Position numbers and translations under genes: made by a program
In this document: in pieces, positions 39,181 through 49,125 of the stretch
Numbering within the stretch: the stretch's first letter is position 1
Layout of the letters: each line of letters starts with the position of its first letter
Assembly (NCBI GenBank): GCA_965214605.1
Contig: OZ243961.1
Coordinates: 3,200,001-3,264,000 of the forward strand
Direction of reading: 5' to 3'
From: an uncultured Candidatus Binatia bacterium
GTDB taxonomy: Bacteria; Desulfobacterota; Binatia; Bin18
Length of the DNA: 64,000 bases
The notes under the pieces: model-generated
Seen by the model: the letters and a program-made list of their open reading frames with translations, nothing else
Database searches by the model: none
Told to the model about the DNA's origin: nothing

Positions 39181-39978
39181 TCATCTCCTAAAGAAAAATT
39201 TCCCGAGGCGCTGCATCATCCCTTGACGTCCATTTAGCTCTGGAATAGGCACGTTTTCGCCGAGGAGGCGTCTCACGATACGGTTGTACGCTTGTCCCGA
39301 CCCGGCGTGCTCATTGAGAACGACGGGCGTCCCTCTGTTGCCGGCGATCACGACTTCTTCGTCTTCGGGCACAATACCCAACAGATGGATAGCCAGAATA
39401 TCCAACACATCCTGTTGGTCAAGCATATCCCCCCGCTTGACCATCTCTGAGGACATGCGGTTGATGATCAACTGTAGGTTGTCGTCTAGTTCGTTTTGTA
39501 ACAGTCCAATAACCCGGTCGGCGTCGCGGATCGGCGAGACTTCCGGGGTGGTGATGACAATCGCCTCGTCGGCTCCGGCAACCGCATTCCAAAAGCCCTG
39601 CTCGATACCGGCCGGACAGTCAATCAGAATAAAGTCGAAATTTTCTTTGAGTTGGCCGACTAGTTCCCGCATCTGGTCGGGGTTGACGGCATCTTTCTTA
39701 TCGATCTGGGAGGCTGGCAGCAGGCTGAGCTCGGGCACGCGCTTGTCCTTTACCAGTGCTTGGTGTAGTTTACACCGCCCGCACACCACATCGACCAAGT
39801 TGTAGACAATCCGATTCTCCAAGCCGAGGATGATATCAAGATTGCGCAGCCCGATGTCTCCGTCAATCAGCACGACTTTGCGGCCGTGCTTGGCTAGACC
39901 AATACCGATACTGGCCGTAGCGGTCGTTTTTCCCACCCCACCCTTGCCTGAGGTCATGACAATAACTCGTCCGCTCAT
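39181..39978 (-). CDS. minD: Septum site-determining ATPase MinD
   Basis: SGKGGVGKTT, DIGLRNLD, DCPAGIEQG, RDADRVIG, C-terminal amphipathic helix. Confidence 0.97.
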   Translation of the reverse strand: MSGRVIVMTSGKGGVGKTTATASIGIGLAKHGRKVVLIDGDIGLRNLDIILGLENRIVYNLVDVVCGRCKLHQALVKDKRVPELSLLPASQIDKKDAVNPDQMRELVGQLKENFDFILIDCPAGIEQGFWNAVAGADEAIVITTPEVSPIRDADRVIGLLQNELDDNLQLIINRMSSEMVKRGDMLDQQDVLDILAIHLLGIVPEDEEVVIAGNRGTPVVLNEHAGSGQAYNRIVRRLLGENVPIPELNGRQGMMQRLGKFFFRR

Positions 39979-39991
39979 GACACACAGCCTC

Positions 39992-40696
39992 CTATAGCTT
40001 CCCCTGATGCGGGACAATCACAATTTGTTCGTAATCGATATAAGCCACTTCCGGCTGCTGGACGCGCCGTCGCTGCTTGAGGAGGTTGTCCTCTGCACGG
40101 GCAATGAGCGGTCCGATCCGGAGCTGGAGCGGAGTCAGATTCAGTGCGATGACGACCGCAGTCTTATTATCAGGATAACCGGCGTGGACCATGCCCCGGA
40201 CCGTTCCGAAAACGATCACATCCCCGCCAGCCAGAATTTCGGCCCCCTGGTTTATGTCACCGACCAGAACGACATCGCCGTCAAAGGTCTGTTTCTGGCC
40301 GGAACGCAGGTTACGTCGTAAATACAGGGCATTTCCGCCTGGCGTGGTTCGCTCATTCCGTTGGGTGTTCGGGGTGAGCGGCGGCAGGCTCTCGCGGACC
40401 GGCAGGCCCTCCCTGTACAGGATTTCGCGACTCTCCTGGAGTGTGGCCACCGCGTAACGCGGCAACAGCCCTTCACGTAAAAGGAGTTCTTTTAAACGAT
40501 CCCAGTCCTGTTTCTGAATGAGACGGCTACCAAAGTGCAAAATGACCGGCGAATCGCTAAAGAATCCGTTTGCCCGCGACAACTCTTCCTCGGCCGCGCT
40601 GAGGACTTCCACAAACTCGACTTGGTCATTAAATAGAAAAGTCGGTCCACTCTTCAGACCCTTAATACTGAAGAGCGGCGCACCTGCCCCAGACAC
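39992..40696 (-). CDS. minC: Septum site-determining protein MinC
   Basis: LRSGQ, GDINQGAEILAGGDVIVFG, HAG, QLRIG. Confidence 0.92.
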   Translation of the reverse strand: MSGAGAPLFSIKGLKSGPTFLFNDQVEFVEVLSAAEEELSRANGFFSDSPVILHFGSRLIQKQDWDRLKELLLREGLLPRYAVATLQESREILYREGLPVRESLPPLTPNTQRNERTTPGGNALYLRRNLRSGQKQTFDGDVVLVGDINQGAEILAGGDVIVFGTVRGMVHAGYPDNKTAVVIALNLTPLQLRIGPLIARAEDNLLKQRRRVQQPEVAYIDYEQIVIVPHQGKL

Positions 40697-40872
40697 ACCT
40701 GCCTCCCTCCAACCGGTCTTTTCTCCAATCCGCCTTGCCCGTCTTCGAAGTGGGGCCTTGCGGCATGCAGTGAAATAAGAATTGACAATAGCAAAAAAAC
40801 TGCTCCTCTACAACATCTCGTGGTTTCCCCCCCAGTCTGCTTCCGATCCAGTGGTCGGCCGGTCCGAGCCCC

Positions 40873-40901
40873 TTGCAGGCTGAGTACCAGTACGCTATAG
40901 A
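40873..40901 (+). promoter_or_regulatory. Putative sigma-70 promoter for the small ORF at 40938
   Basis: TTGCAG-N17-TATAGA. Confidence 0.4.
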
Positions 40902-40937
40902 AACGATCCCTAAGGAGCTGACCCTGAGGTAAGGAAT

Positions 40938-41048
40938 ATGCATCGAGAGCGCGACAAAGAAATTCGACGTCGTCGCCAGCGTCGGGCCAAGGCCCGTAAG
41001 CGCCGAATTAAAGAGCTGAAACAGCAGGCGACCAAAGAAAAAGCCTGA
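40938..41048 (+). CDS. Small basic 36-aa protein (DUF6800-like)
   Basis: Below the ORF-track cut-off. MHRERDKEIRRRRQRRAKARKRRIKELKQQATKEKA with GAGGTAAGGA RBS, upstream promoter and downstream hairpin. Confidence 0.75.
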   Translation: MHRERDKEIRRRRQRRAKARKRRIKELKQQATKEKA

Positions 41049-41082
41049 GCTTTTACCGGACTCAGGCTCTCTTCCTTCTTTC
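41042..41082 (+). terminator. Putative terminator hairpin
   Basis: AGCCTGAG...CTCAGGCT stem followed by a pyrimidine tract. Confidence 0.5.
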
Positions 41083-41108
41083 TCATTCTCTGCTCCCTCC
41101 AAGCGTTC

Positions 41109-42731
41109 ATGAAATCGATCTTAATCCGATAGTCCGACCGGCTGGGTGCCCTTGCTGCTTCCCCGTCCGTGCCGCTGCTGCTGTTGCGGCTTGCGCTGTC
41201 AACCGTGCTCGTGTTCGGCAACAACGACTGGGGCCGCCTCTACCGGCCTGGACTGCACGATGGCGTCACGGTGGATTACCTGACGGTGGCCGTAAATCTG
41301 TCCCCGGCGCACAATTTCGTGGGCTTCTTCCGGCAACTCCTGACGGCCGACGGCACGCTTACCTACTGAGCCCTATAAGTCGGTTCCCCCTTGGAGGCTA
41401 CCTGCTGCTCAAGCTGGCCATGCTGCCGTTTGCCGTGGACCTGTCGGGCCAAATCTATGCCGCCCGGCTCGTGATGCTGGGGGGCTTCGCGGGCGGCGCC
41501 GTGCTGGCCTACCTGTCCCGGCTTACGGGCCAGCGGTGGATTGCGCTGACCGCGACGCTCCTGCCGTTTTCGTCGTTTTATTTCCTCTACTGCTAACGAT
41601 ATGGTGTGCACCAAGGTGGGGATGGACCTCACCGGCGTGCTGCTGACTTTCCACGGCATGGTGTTTTTCGTCCAAGAAGGGCGCTTCCGGCAGTTGCTGG
41701 TCAAGACGTGTCTAGCGCTGCTGATCGGGTGGCATGTCTGCGCCCTGCTCCTGCCGTTCATCGGGCTGGGCGTGGTGCGGGAGGCGTGGACGGTGCGCGC
41801 TAGGACCGGCCGGGGGGGGGGGTACGCCGGCCGTTACTGCAGGACTCTCTAGTCGGTATCTGAGACTGGGGGCCGTGGCGTTCTTTTTTGGCCTGACGCT
41901 CCTCACAGGTAATCTTGTCAATGAATACAATACTGGACACTGAACGGCGAGACCCGCTTGACGGAACTGCCATCCTTCAGATCCGCACGGGATGACTGGA
42001 CTTGGACGCCACCTTATAGAGCTCGCTTGGCTAACGATGGCTTGGCTAACGAGGTCGCCTGGCCGCACTTTCTGGAATATCAGTTCCACCGCCTTGGCCG
42101 TCAGTCTGTTCCCTACGCCGTGTCTGCCGCCGTAGACATCGGCAGATGGCCGACGAGTCCCTTTCCGTCGCGGGGCATCCTCATCGCCGTGGTTATGTGT
42201 GCCGGGTGTCTGCTTGGGCTGGGGATTGTTCGCCACAAGCTGCTGGTAGCGACCCTCTTCCTGTTCGGCTTCTGTTGGGCGCTGCCGATGCGCTACAACG
42301 CGGCTTTCTACGAATACGAAGCCCTGTTCTACACCGGCATTCCGCTGCTGTTCTTCTCGCTGGCCTTGCAGGCCCTCCACCGGCTGGGCGGCAGCCGGCT
42401 CATAGTCGGCCTAGCTTGGGGGGCGTTGGGGATCTTCGTCTTTTCTGTCGTCTGGATGGCTGCGTTCGGCCCCACGGCTGAGGCGGCCGCTTTCCAGCGG
42501 GCGGTGATGGCTGACTTCAAGGTAGTTCGCCACCTGACGACCGGGAAGACGGTCTTCGTACCCAAAGCCCGGCCCGGTCTGGAAACCGAGCTGGAGTTGT
42601 TCTACCTCGCGGGCCGCGTCTTTGTCGCTAAGCCCGCGCAGGGCTTGGCCGACTTCGTGGTGAGTGCGACGCGTAAGCCCGGCCCGACCCTCCTGACGCC
42701 AGCAAGCCGCTATATATTCCTTTACGCCTAG
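41109..42731 (+). pseudogene. Decayed multi-TM membrane protein (GT-C-like)
   Basis: Hydrophobic protein-like text scattered over several frames (41169, 41601, 41958 ORFs) with in-frame stops and a G11 run; ends where repeat copy 2 begins. Confidence 0.65.
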
Positions 42732-42890
42732 TCAAGCCGAGTATAATGAGATGGTTGGGGCCGGACAGAGCTTCCAACCCCCTCCGCATGCGGGGGCTCG
42801 CTGAGCCGGGAGTCCACGCCCGGTGGGCCGTCAGTTGGCCTGCTCGGCTCTGTCAAGTCAGCGTCCCGGCCGGCCGTTGTGGATCGTGCC
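42731..42890 (+). repeat. Dispersed structured non-coding element, copy 2; IS110 left-end-like remnant
   Basis: GTCAAGCCGAGTATAATGAGATGG...; TATAAT at 42742-42747; stems GACAGAGC/GCTCTGTC, CCGCATGCGG, GCCC/GGGC; matches the reverse complement of about 17990-18137. Confidence 0.8.
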
Positions 42891-42891
42891 G

Positions 42892-43000
42892 TACATCGCC
42901 CTGGTGTTTCTTGGCGGCGTCCAACTCGTGCTGATAGGCGTACTTGGTGAATACGTGGTGTATCTCCGGCGAGGTAAAGTGCCGCCCGCTTTTTTTAAGG
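42892..43000 (+). pseudogene. C-terminal fragment of a GtrB-like GT2 (bactoprenol glycosyltransferase)
   Basis: LVFLGGVQLVLIGVLGEY then, after a frameshift, ISGEVKCRPLF; matches the family tail FLGGVQL..LG..GEY...EVK.RP. Confidence 0.7.
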
Positions 43001-43269
43001 AACGGTTGGGTGGGCCCCCAAGCCGGTTCCCAGCGCTGTTCGGCAAAGTGGTGGATCGCTTGTTGACCGCGCTTTCGGCCTCTCCCTCGCCCGCCAAGGC
43101 CACTGTGGCGGGCCGCCGTTTCCTGCTCATGCGGCGCTGGTCAAAGGCCGTTTCCAGTCAGCTCCATAAGGAAAGGGGAGGGCTATATCCCCCATGTCCA
43201 CATGTTGCCTCGACCGCTTGACGTTGTTTCCGGCCGCGCGCAGCCGCCGACTCTGGCGGCTGCCGGGCT

Positions 43270-43960
43270 GTGGCGCTGTATGGGTGGACAACCGCGCAAG
43301 TCGTCGTCGGTGCGCTTCACATCCGTTGGGCGAACACCGGGGTCCTGGACAGGGGCTATAGTAGGCCCCGCTGGGTACATTCCGAGATCCTGCGCTACCT
43401 GCAGGCCCATCCTCTCAACGGGCTCGTGTACAGCAACGAAACCACACTCACGTATCTGCACAATACCGACACCGCGACCTATTGCTGGATGCCCAGAAGT
43501 CATCCGCCTGGCGATATCCTCAGCACCCCTGCGGCTCCCGGGAGCAAGGAGCGGTTGGGCAGGTGGCTGGAAAAAGTGCCGAACGGCACCTGGGTAATGT
43601 GGTTCAACAGCTGGTGGAACCTGAAAACGTTCGACTACAGGGCCGCTGACCTACGCGTCTCTCTGGACTTGGAGGTCGTGGCGGTGTTGGCCGACGGCGC
43701 CCTCTTCCAAGTCACCCGGGGCTCCCGGCCCGCGCACCCCTATCGGGCCGCGTACGCGGCCCTCGTCACCAGCACGCCGGCCATCCGTTCCACCTTCGAC
43801 CTCTATCGCCATAGCACCACGCCGACCTATCTCAAGGCGCCCTGTACGGCAGCGGACGTGCAAACACGCTTCTTCCGACACCTCTTCCCTGCAGCCTCAC
43901 GGAGCTCACCGGAAGGAGGCTGGTTTCGAGGGCCAGGCTTTTGCTTTCTCGGACTACGGC
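43270..43960 (+). pseudogene. C-terminal fragment of a membrane glycosyltransferase-associated protein
   Basis: Ends RSTFDLY...YLKAPCTAADVQTRFFRHLFP, homologous to YIKEACRPAETAARFFLHLVP at 45.87 kb; no N-terminus. Confidence 0.6.
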
Positions 43961-44139
43961 GTCCTCCTAGACAACACGGGCCAGGCTGCCGGGAGGGCCC
44001 TGCTCACCATCGTGACGCTTGGCAAGGGAGAGGGGACCCGCAGCCAAGCGGCCCTCGTGCGGGCTGCCGGCACCAGGCCCGCAGCCGCTTCCCTGTTGAC
44101 GCAAAGGCGGGCAGCGGGTAGCCTGCCCCGGTGTCCGCA

Positions 44140-46155
44140 TCCCACTGCCTCCAGCACGCGCGCCTTGCCCCGCTGGCGGCGCCTCCCGTTCTGGGCCCTG
44201 GCGCTGATGGGAGGCGTGCTGTTCGCCGGCGTCGGGGTGGCGGTGCTGGACGACTACGGCGTCGGAGCGGATGAGTTCGCCGAGCGCCGCACGGCCCGCG
44301 CCACCCTGGCCTATATCTCGGGTGCGGCTCCCGAGATCGCCACCAAGAAAAGCCACGAGCGCTTCTACGGCATGGCCTTCCAACTGCCGGTGCTGCTGCT
44401 TGAGCAGGCGCTGGGCCTGGACGACAGCCGGCACATCCTCCTCCTGCGCCATCTGCTGACCCACCTGGTCTTTGTGGCCGGCGGCGTGTGTTGCGGCGGG
44501 CTCGTCTTCCGGCTGTACGGCCGCCGCCTGCCGGCCCTGGTCGCCCTGCTGCTTTTTCTCCTCCATCCCCGGCTCTACGCCCATTCTTTCTTTAACCCGA
44601 AGGACATTCCCTTCCTGGTGCTGGTCATGGTGGCGTTGGCGCTCACCCACCGGGCCTGCCGGAAGGACACGCTGGGCGCTTTCGCCCTGTGTGGCCTGAG
44701 TGTGGGGCTGGCCATCAATCTGCGGATCTTTGGCTGGATGTTGGTGCCGGCGGTCCTTGCCCTGCGGGCCGTGGACGCCTTCCTCGCCCCCCCCCCCCCC
44801 CCCCCCCCCGCAGCGCCGCCACATCTTTCTGACCAGTGTGGCCTTCGTGGCCGCCGCGGGCGTGACCGTGTACGCCACGTTACCGGTGTTGTGGGCCAAT
44901 CCGCTCCGCCTGCTGGACGCCGTGACGACGCTTGCGCAGCTCCCGGTCCGCACCGAGCTGTTCCAGGGGCAGCTGGTCCGGTTGGATCCCCTACCGTGGG
45001 CGTACCTGCCGACCTGGTTTGGCCTCACCGCCCCCCCGCTGACCCTGCTCCTGGGGGGGATCGGGATCGGGAGGCTCTGCTGGCAGGGCCTCCGCCACCC
45101 CCGCCGGCTGCTGCGTGATGGGGAGGGGCGTTTCGGCCTGCTGCTACTGGGCTGTCTGGTGGGGCCGGTGGGGGTGGTGCTCGTCTTGGAGGCCCACACC
45201 TACAATGGCTGGCGCCACCTGTACTTTCTGTGGGCTCCGTTCTGTGTGCTGGCGGCGATGGGCCTGCAGGCGCTGCATGGGCCCGCACGGGGGCCGGCCG
45301 GCGTGGTGGCGCCGGGCGACCGTGTCTGGCGGCGTCGGGCTGGGCCTGGCCGCGGTGGTGGGGGCGATGGTCTCGCTCCACCCGCACCAACAGGTCTATT
45401 TCAACGTCCTGGGGACTCGCACGCCGCCGGGGCAGCGGTACGATATGGACTATTGGCAGGTGGCGTACCGGCAGGGCCTGGAATATCTGCGCGCCCGCTT
45501 CCCCGCCGCCACGTTGTATGTGCAGCACGACGGCCCGGCGCGGGGCGTCGTGCGGAACCGGGCGATCCTGCCCGCGGCGGACCGGGCGCACCTTGTGGTG
45601 ACGGATGATGAGCGGGCCGAGTTTTTCTTCTACGAGGGCGCCCCCTGGGGGCTGTCCTCACAGGGCCTCCCCGCGGTTCCCGCCCGCCCTTCCTGGCAGG
45701 CCTATGGCAGTCCCCTGCTGACTATTGTGGCGCCTCACCTGGTGTGGGGCGCCGGCCGGCGGCCGACGGCAGCGGCCTACCGGGCGGCCTACCAGGCGGT
45801 CGTGGCCGCCGGCCCCCCGGTGGCCCGGGCGCCGTGGGCCCTCTCTCTCCACAACGGGGCGCTCTATTACATCAAAGAGGCGTGCCGGCCGGCCGAGACC
45901 GCTGCCCGGTTCTTTCTGCACCTGGTGCCGGTGGCCGAGGCCGATCTCCCGCAGCACCGACGTCCGCATGGGTTTGCCACGCGGGACTTCGTTTTTGCCT
46001 GGTGGGGGAGGCGCGTTGACGGCCGGTGCCTGGCCCAAGTGCCCCTCCCGTCCTACCCGATCGCCCGGATTAAGACCGGGCAGGTCAGGGTCGGTACAAG
46101 GCTGTGGGCAGTCGAGGTTCCCGTCGGCCAGGAGCCGCCTGCGCCGCCGGGTTGA
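44140..46155 (+). pseudogene. Frameshifted GT39/ArnT/PMT-like membrane glycosyltransferase
   Basis: VLDDYGVGADE, HPRLYAHSFFNPKDIPF, YNGWRHLYF, YDMDYW split over ORFs 44012, 44700 and 45115; +1 shifts at the C23 run and near 45290. Confidence 0.8.
44787..44809 (+). repeat. Poly-C homopolymer (23 nt)
   Basis: Directly visible; coincides with a reading-frame shift. Confidence 0.95.
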
Positions 46156-46199
46156 CCGGGGACGACGGCTCCCCCGCCCGCCCGGTCCGTTGATCCTCA

Positions 46200-46700
46200 T
46201 GAGAGCCTCTGTCGCTTCACCCCCCGCCCGCTGTCGGCCCACCGGGCTTCCCCTGCTGGGGGCCTCGCAGGCTGGCACGCCAGCTCACCTCTGGGGTGGC
46301 GTTGTACGTAGACGCAATCACCGACAGTGCTGTGGTTGAATATTCTCTGGGAATGGGGGTAGGGCGCCCTGCCCCTGGAGGGCTGGCTGCTCCTCGCGCT
46401 GGTGACACTCACTACCACGCTCCTCCCGCTTCGCGCCCTGTTCTCATTCGTGCCTCCTCGACGAGGAGACTCCCCGGGTCGTAGCGGTCCTGCTGCATAT
46501 TCGACGGGTTTGCCCTGGTGTATCCTGGGCTGCTCCTCGTGGCCCTCATGCTGGGGCGGACATATTTCGGCATTCATGTCAGGTACTTGACCCCGCTCTA
46601 TATTCCCCTCCTCGTCGTAGGGGGAGGCGTGCTCGACCGCTTCCTCCGCTCTGAAAGGCTTTTTAAGATACAATGGGACTCTCCACGCATTTCCGCCTAG
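46200..46700 (+). pseudogene. Fragments of a further decayed membrane protein
   Basis: Short hydrophobic pieces such as RYLTPLYIPLLVVGGGVLDRFL; no continuous ORF. Confidence 0.4.
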
Positions 46701-46762
46701 TGGATGCGGTGGCGACACTCTTCCAACACCCGACTCTAGTTTCCAACTTGTTCCTATGATAG

Positions 46763-46890
46763 AGGGACCGGAGCAGAGGGGGGCAGTGCGGCCTTGAGTA
46801 CGGAGGCACGCTGAGCCGGGAGTCCGCGCCTGGTGGGCCCGTTCCGCCAAGGCGACGTCCCGTCCAGCCACCGTGGTTCACCGGCGCACT
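46763..46890 (+). repeat. Dispersed structured non-coding element, copy 3 (degenerate, internal deletion)
   Basis: CGCTGAGCCGGGAGTCCGCGCCTGGTGGGCC...CCGCCAAGGCGACGTCCCGTCC...CACCGGCGCACT aligns to copy 1. Confidence 0.7.
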
Positions 46891-46955
46891 GTCCAGAATG
46901 CCGGTGGACGACTGCGACCTGCAGCCTTTGCGGATTGGCTGGAATACTGGGGACC

Positions 46956-48056
46956 ATGGATCAAACGAGTCAGTTCGGCTCTTCCTATGCTGGCGCCGGC
47001 GTGGACAGTGCCAAGGCCGACAACGGTCTCAGCCGTTTACGTACCTGGATCGAGAAGACCTTTGCCTTCAATCCTCAGGCACGCCCGCATTTGCCGCTGG
47101 GCTATTTTGCCAACGTGGTCCGTCTTGAGGACCTCAACTTGGGGATTGGGTTTACCACCGACGGGGTTGGCACCAAGCTCTTGGTGGCCGAACTGCTGGA
47201 GAGATACGACACGGTCGGCATTGATTGCATCGCCATGAACGTCAACGACCTGCTGTGCGTTGGCGCTAGTCCAGTCTCTTTTGTTGACTATCTGGCCGTC
47301 GAAGAGGTTCAGCCGGACATGCTTGACGCCCTTGGTAAAGGCTTGCACCGCGGGGCCGAACTGGCCAGGATCAGTATCGCCGGAGGAGAAATCGCCCAAC
47401 TACGAGAGATGATCCGTGGTGCCCAGGTCGGCACCGGCTTTGACCTGGCCGGTGCCGCGATCGGCACGGTAGCGCTCGACCATCTGATTATCGGCCAAGA
47501 TGTCGAGCCTGGAGATGCCCTGGTCGGCTTGGCCAGTAGTGGCATTCACAGCAATGGTCTGACCCTGGCCCGCCGGGTGCTGGAGGCCGATACGCCGTCT
47601 AGTCTGGACCGTCATCTGCCCGAGTGTGGCCGAACGGTGGGCGAGGAGTTGCTTGAACCGACCCGGATCTACGTGCCCGAAGTCGGCGCCCTGCTAGCGG
47701 CCGATACGCAGGTCAAGGCGCTGATGCACATTACCGGTGACGGGTTTCTGAACCTGAGAAGGCTTGCCGCGCCCGTTGGCTTTCGAATTGAAGCGCTGCC
47801 CGAGCCGCCGCCCATTTTTACGGTCCTCCAAGACCTGGGCAAGCTGAGCGATGCTGAGATGTTCCAGGTCTATAATATGGGCGTTGGGCTATGCGTGGTC
47901 GTGCCCGAGACGGAGGTGGATCATACCATCGCCGTCGCTACTCAGCACGGGAGCCGCGCCTGGCGGCTTGGTACGGCGATTGCCTCAGCCCGGCGCACAA
48001 TCAGTATTGAGCCTCGTCGCTTGACCAGTCGAGATGGGCAGTTTGTGCGGAGCTGA
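46956..48056 (+). CDS. purM: Phosphoribosylformylglycinamidine cyclo-ligase
   Basis: YAGAGVD, TDGVGTK, IDCIAMNVND, SSGIHSNG, HITGDG, YNMGVG. Confidence 0.95.
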   Translation: MDQTSQFGSSYAGAGVDSAKADNGLSRLRTWIEKTFAFNPQARPHLPLGYFANVVRLEDLNLGIGFTTDGVGTKLLVAELLERYDTVGIDCIAMNVNDLLCVGASPVSFVDYLAVEEVQPDMLDALGKGLHRGAELARISIAGGEIAQLREMIRGAQVGTGFDLAGAAIGTVALDHLIIGQDVEPGDALVGLASSGIHSNGLTLARRVLEADTPSSLDRHLPECGRTVGEELLEPTRIYVPEVGALLAADTQVKALMHITGDGFLNLRRLAAPVGFRIEALPEPPPIFTVLQDLGKLSDAEMFQVYNMGVGLCVVVPETEVDHTIAVATQHGSRAWRLGTAIASARRTISIEPRRLTSRDGQFVRS

Positions 48057-48062
48057 CAAACA

Positions 48063-48428
48063 ATGCCACCTAATTTAGACGCGCTCAATAGAACCTCGCT
48101 GTTGGTGCTGACCGTCAGAGGCCGCAAGACGAACCGGCCGTATACAGTGCAGGTGTGGTTTGCGGTCGGCCGGGACAAGATTTATGTCACCTCGGGCCGG
48201 GGCTCGAACGCAAGTTGGGTGAAAAATCTGCGCCACAACCCTGATGTAGAACTGCAAATCGGCACCACCCGGCTGCGTGGAAGAGGGGCCTGGCTTGACC
48301 CGGCAACGGTCGAAAGCGAGGTATTGCCGCGCTTTTTCCGTAAATACCGGCTGGCCCGTCTTCTGGGCTGGGTCGGCGTCTGGTACAGGGAAAAATTCGC
48401 CTTTGCCATCACCCCGCTTGACCATTAG
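48063..48428 (+). CDS. Deazaflavin (F420)-dependent nitroreductase (DDN-like) family
   Basis: LTVRGRKT, WVKNLRHNPDV. Confidence 0.8.
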   Translation: MPPNLDALNRTSLLVLTVRGRKTNRPYTVQVWFAVGRDKIYVTSGRGSNASWVKNLRHNPDVELQIGTTRLRGRGAWLDPATVESEVLPRFFRKYRLARLLGWVGVWYREKFAFAITPLDH

Positions 48429-49117
48429 GCGGTCAGGCGATCCAAGCGGTGGTAAAAATCCAGCAGGGCCGGAAAGCGTTCAAGCGCGGCTTTGGTCTCG
48501 GGCGAGACCTTGGCGCGTAAAAAACTGAGTTGGCCAAAGATTGCCAAATCGGCCATGCTCGGCCGCTCAACACCTAAAAAGAACGGTCCGTGTCCTAAGA
48601 CGGCCACCAGGTTGGCCAGGTGGCCGTCGAGTTCGGCCTGGAGGACCTCAATGGGGAGCCGACCCGTTCCCTGAGCCCGAACCTGAGCGGCGATCAGGCG
48701 CGGCACCACCATCCGTACCAGCGGCCGTGCCAGGAGCGGCATGTTTTGCTGAACGAGCCGAACCGTACGGACGACGTTGGCCGGAATCGTCCAACGAAAC
48801 GCCATGCCGTACCAGTACAGCGACTCATCCGCCCAGTCTTCGAGTAGCTGCTGGTGGACCGCCACGGACGGATCTGAGTCCAGGAGAGGAGGGGTTGGCT
48901 TGTAGACGTTTAGCGCCCGTAGGATCAGGGTCGAATCGAACAGGCGTTGGCCGTCTAAATCAAGCGCCGGCATTTTGCCGGTGGTCGGGTTGTGGCGGCG
49001 AATATCCCGGAGCAGGCGTGGCTGCTGGAGCTGGAACGGGAGCCCTTTGAGCAGCAGCCCGCGATAGACCTTCTCCACAAAGGGCGAGGTCCGCACCCCG
49101 TACAGAATAATCGCCAT
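48425..49117 (-). CDS. Glutathione S-transferase family protein
   Basis: SPFVEKV, GKMPAL, DSTLI, LEDWADE, ADLAIFGQL. Confidence 0.85.
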   Translation of the reverse strand: MAIILYGVRTSPFVEKVYRGLLLKGLPFQLQQPRLLRDIRRHNPTTGKMPALDLDGQRLFDSTLILRALNVYKPTPPLLDSDPSVAVHQQLLEDWADESLYWYGMAFRWTIPANVVRTVRLVQQNMPLLARPLVRMVVPRLIAAQVRAQGTGRLPIEVLQAELDGHLANLVAVLGHGPFFLGVERPSMADLAIFGQLSFLRAKVSPETKAALERFPALLDFYHRLDRLTA

Positions 49118-49125
49118 ACTCGGTC

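Noticed and set aside
43967-45199. 410-aa minus-strand ORF with poly-Gly
   Set aside because: Antisense of the frameshifted glycosyltransferase; the poly-Gly is just the C23 tract.
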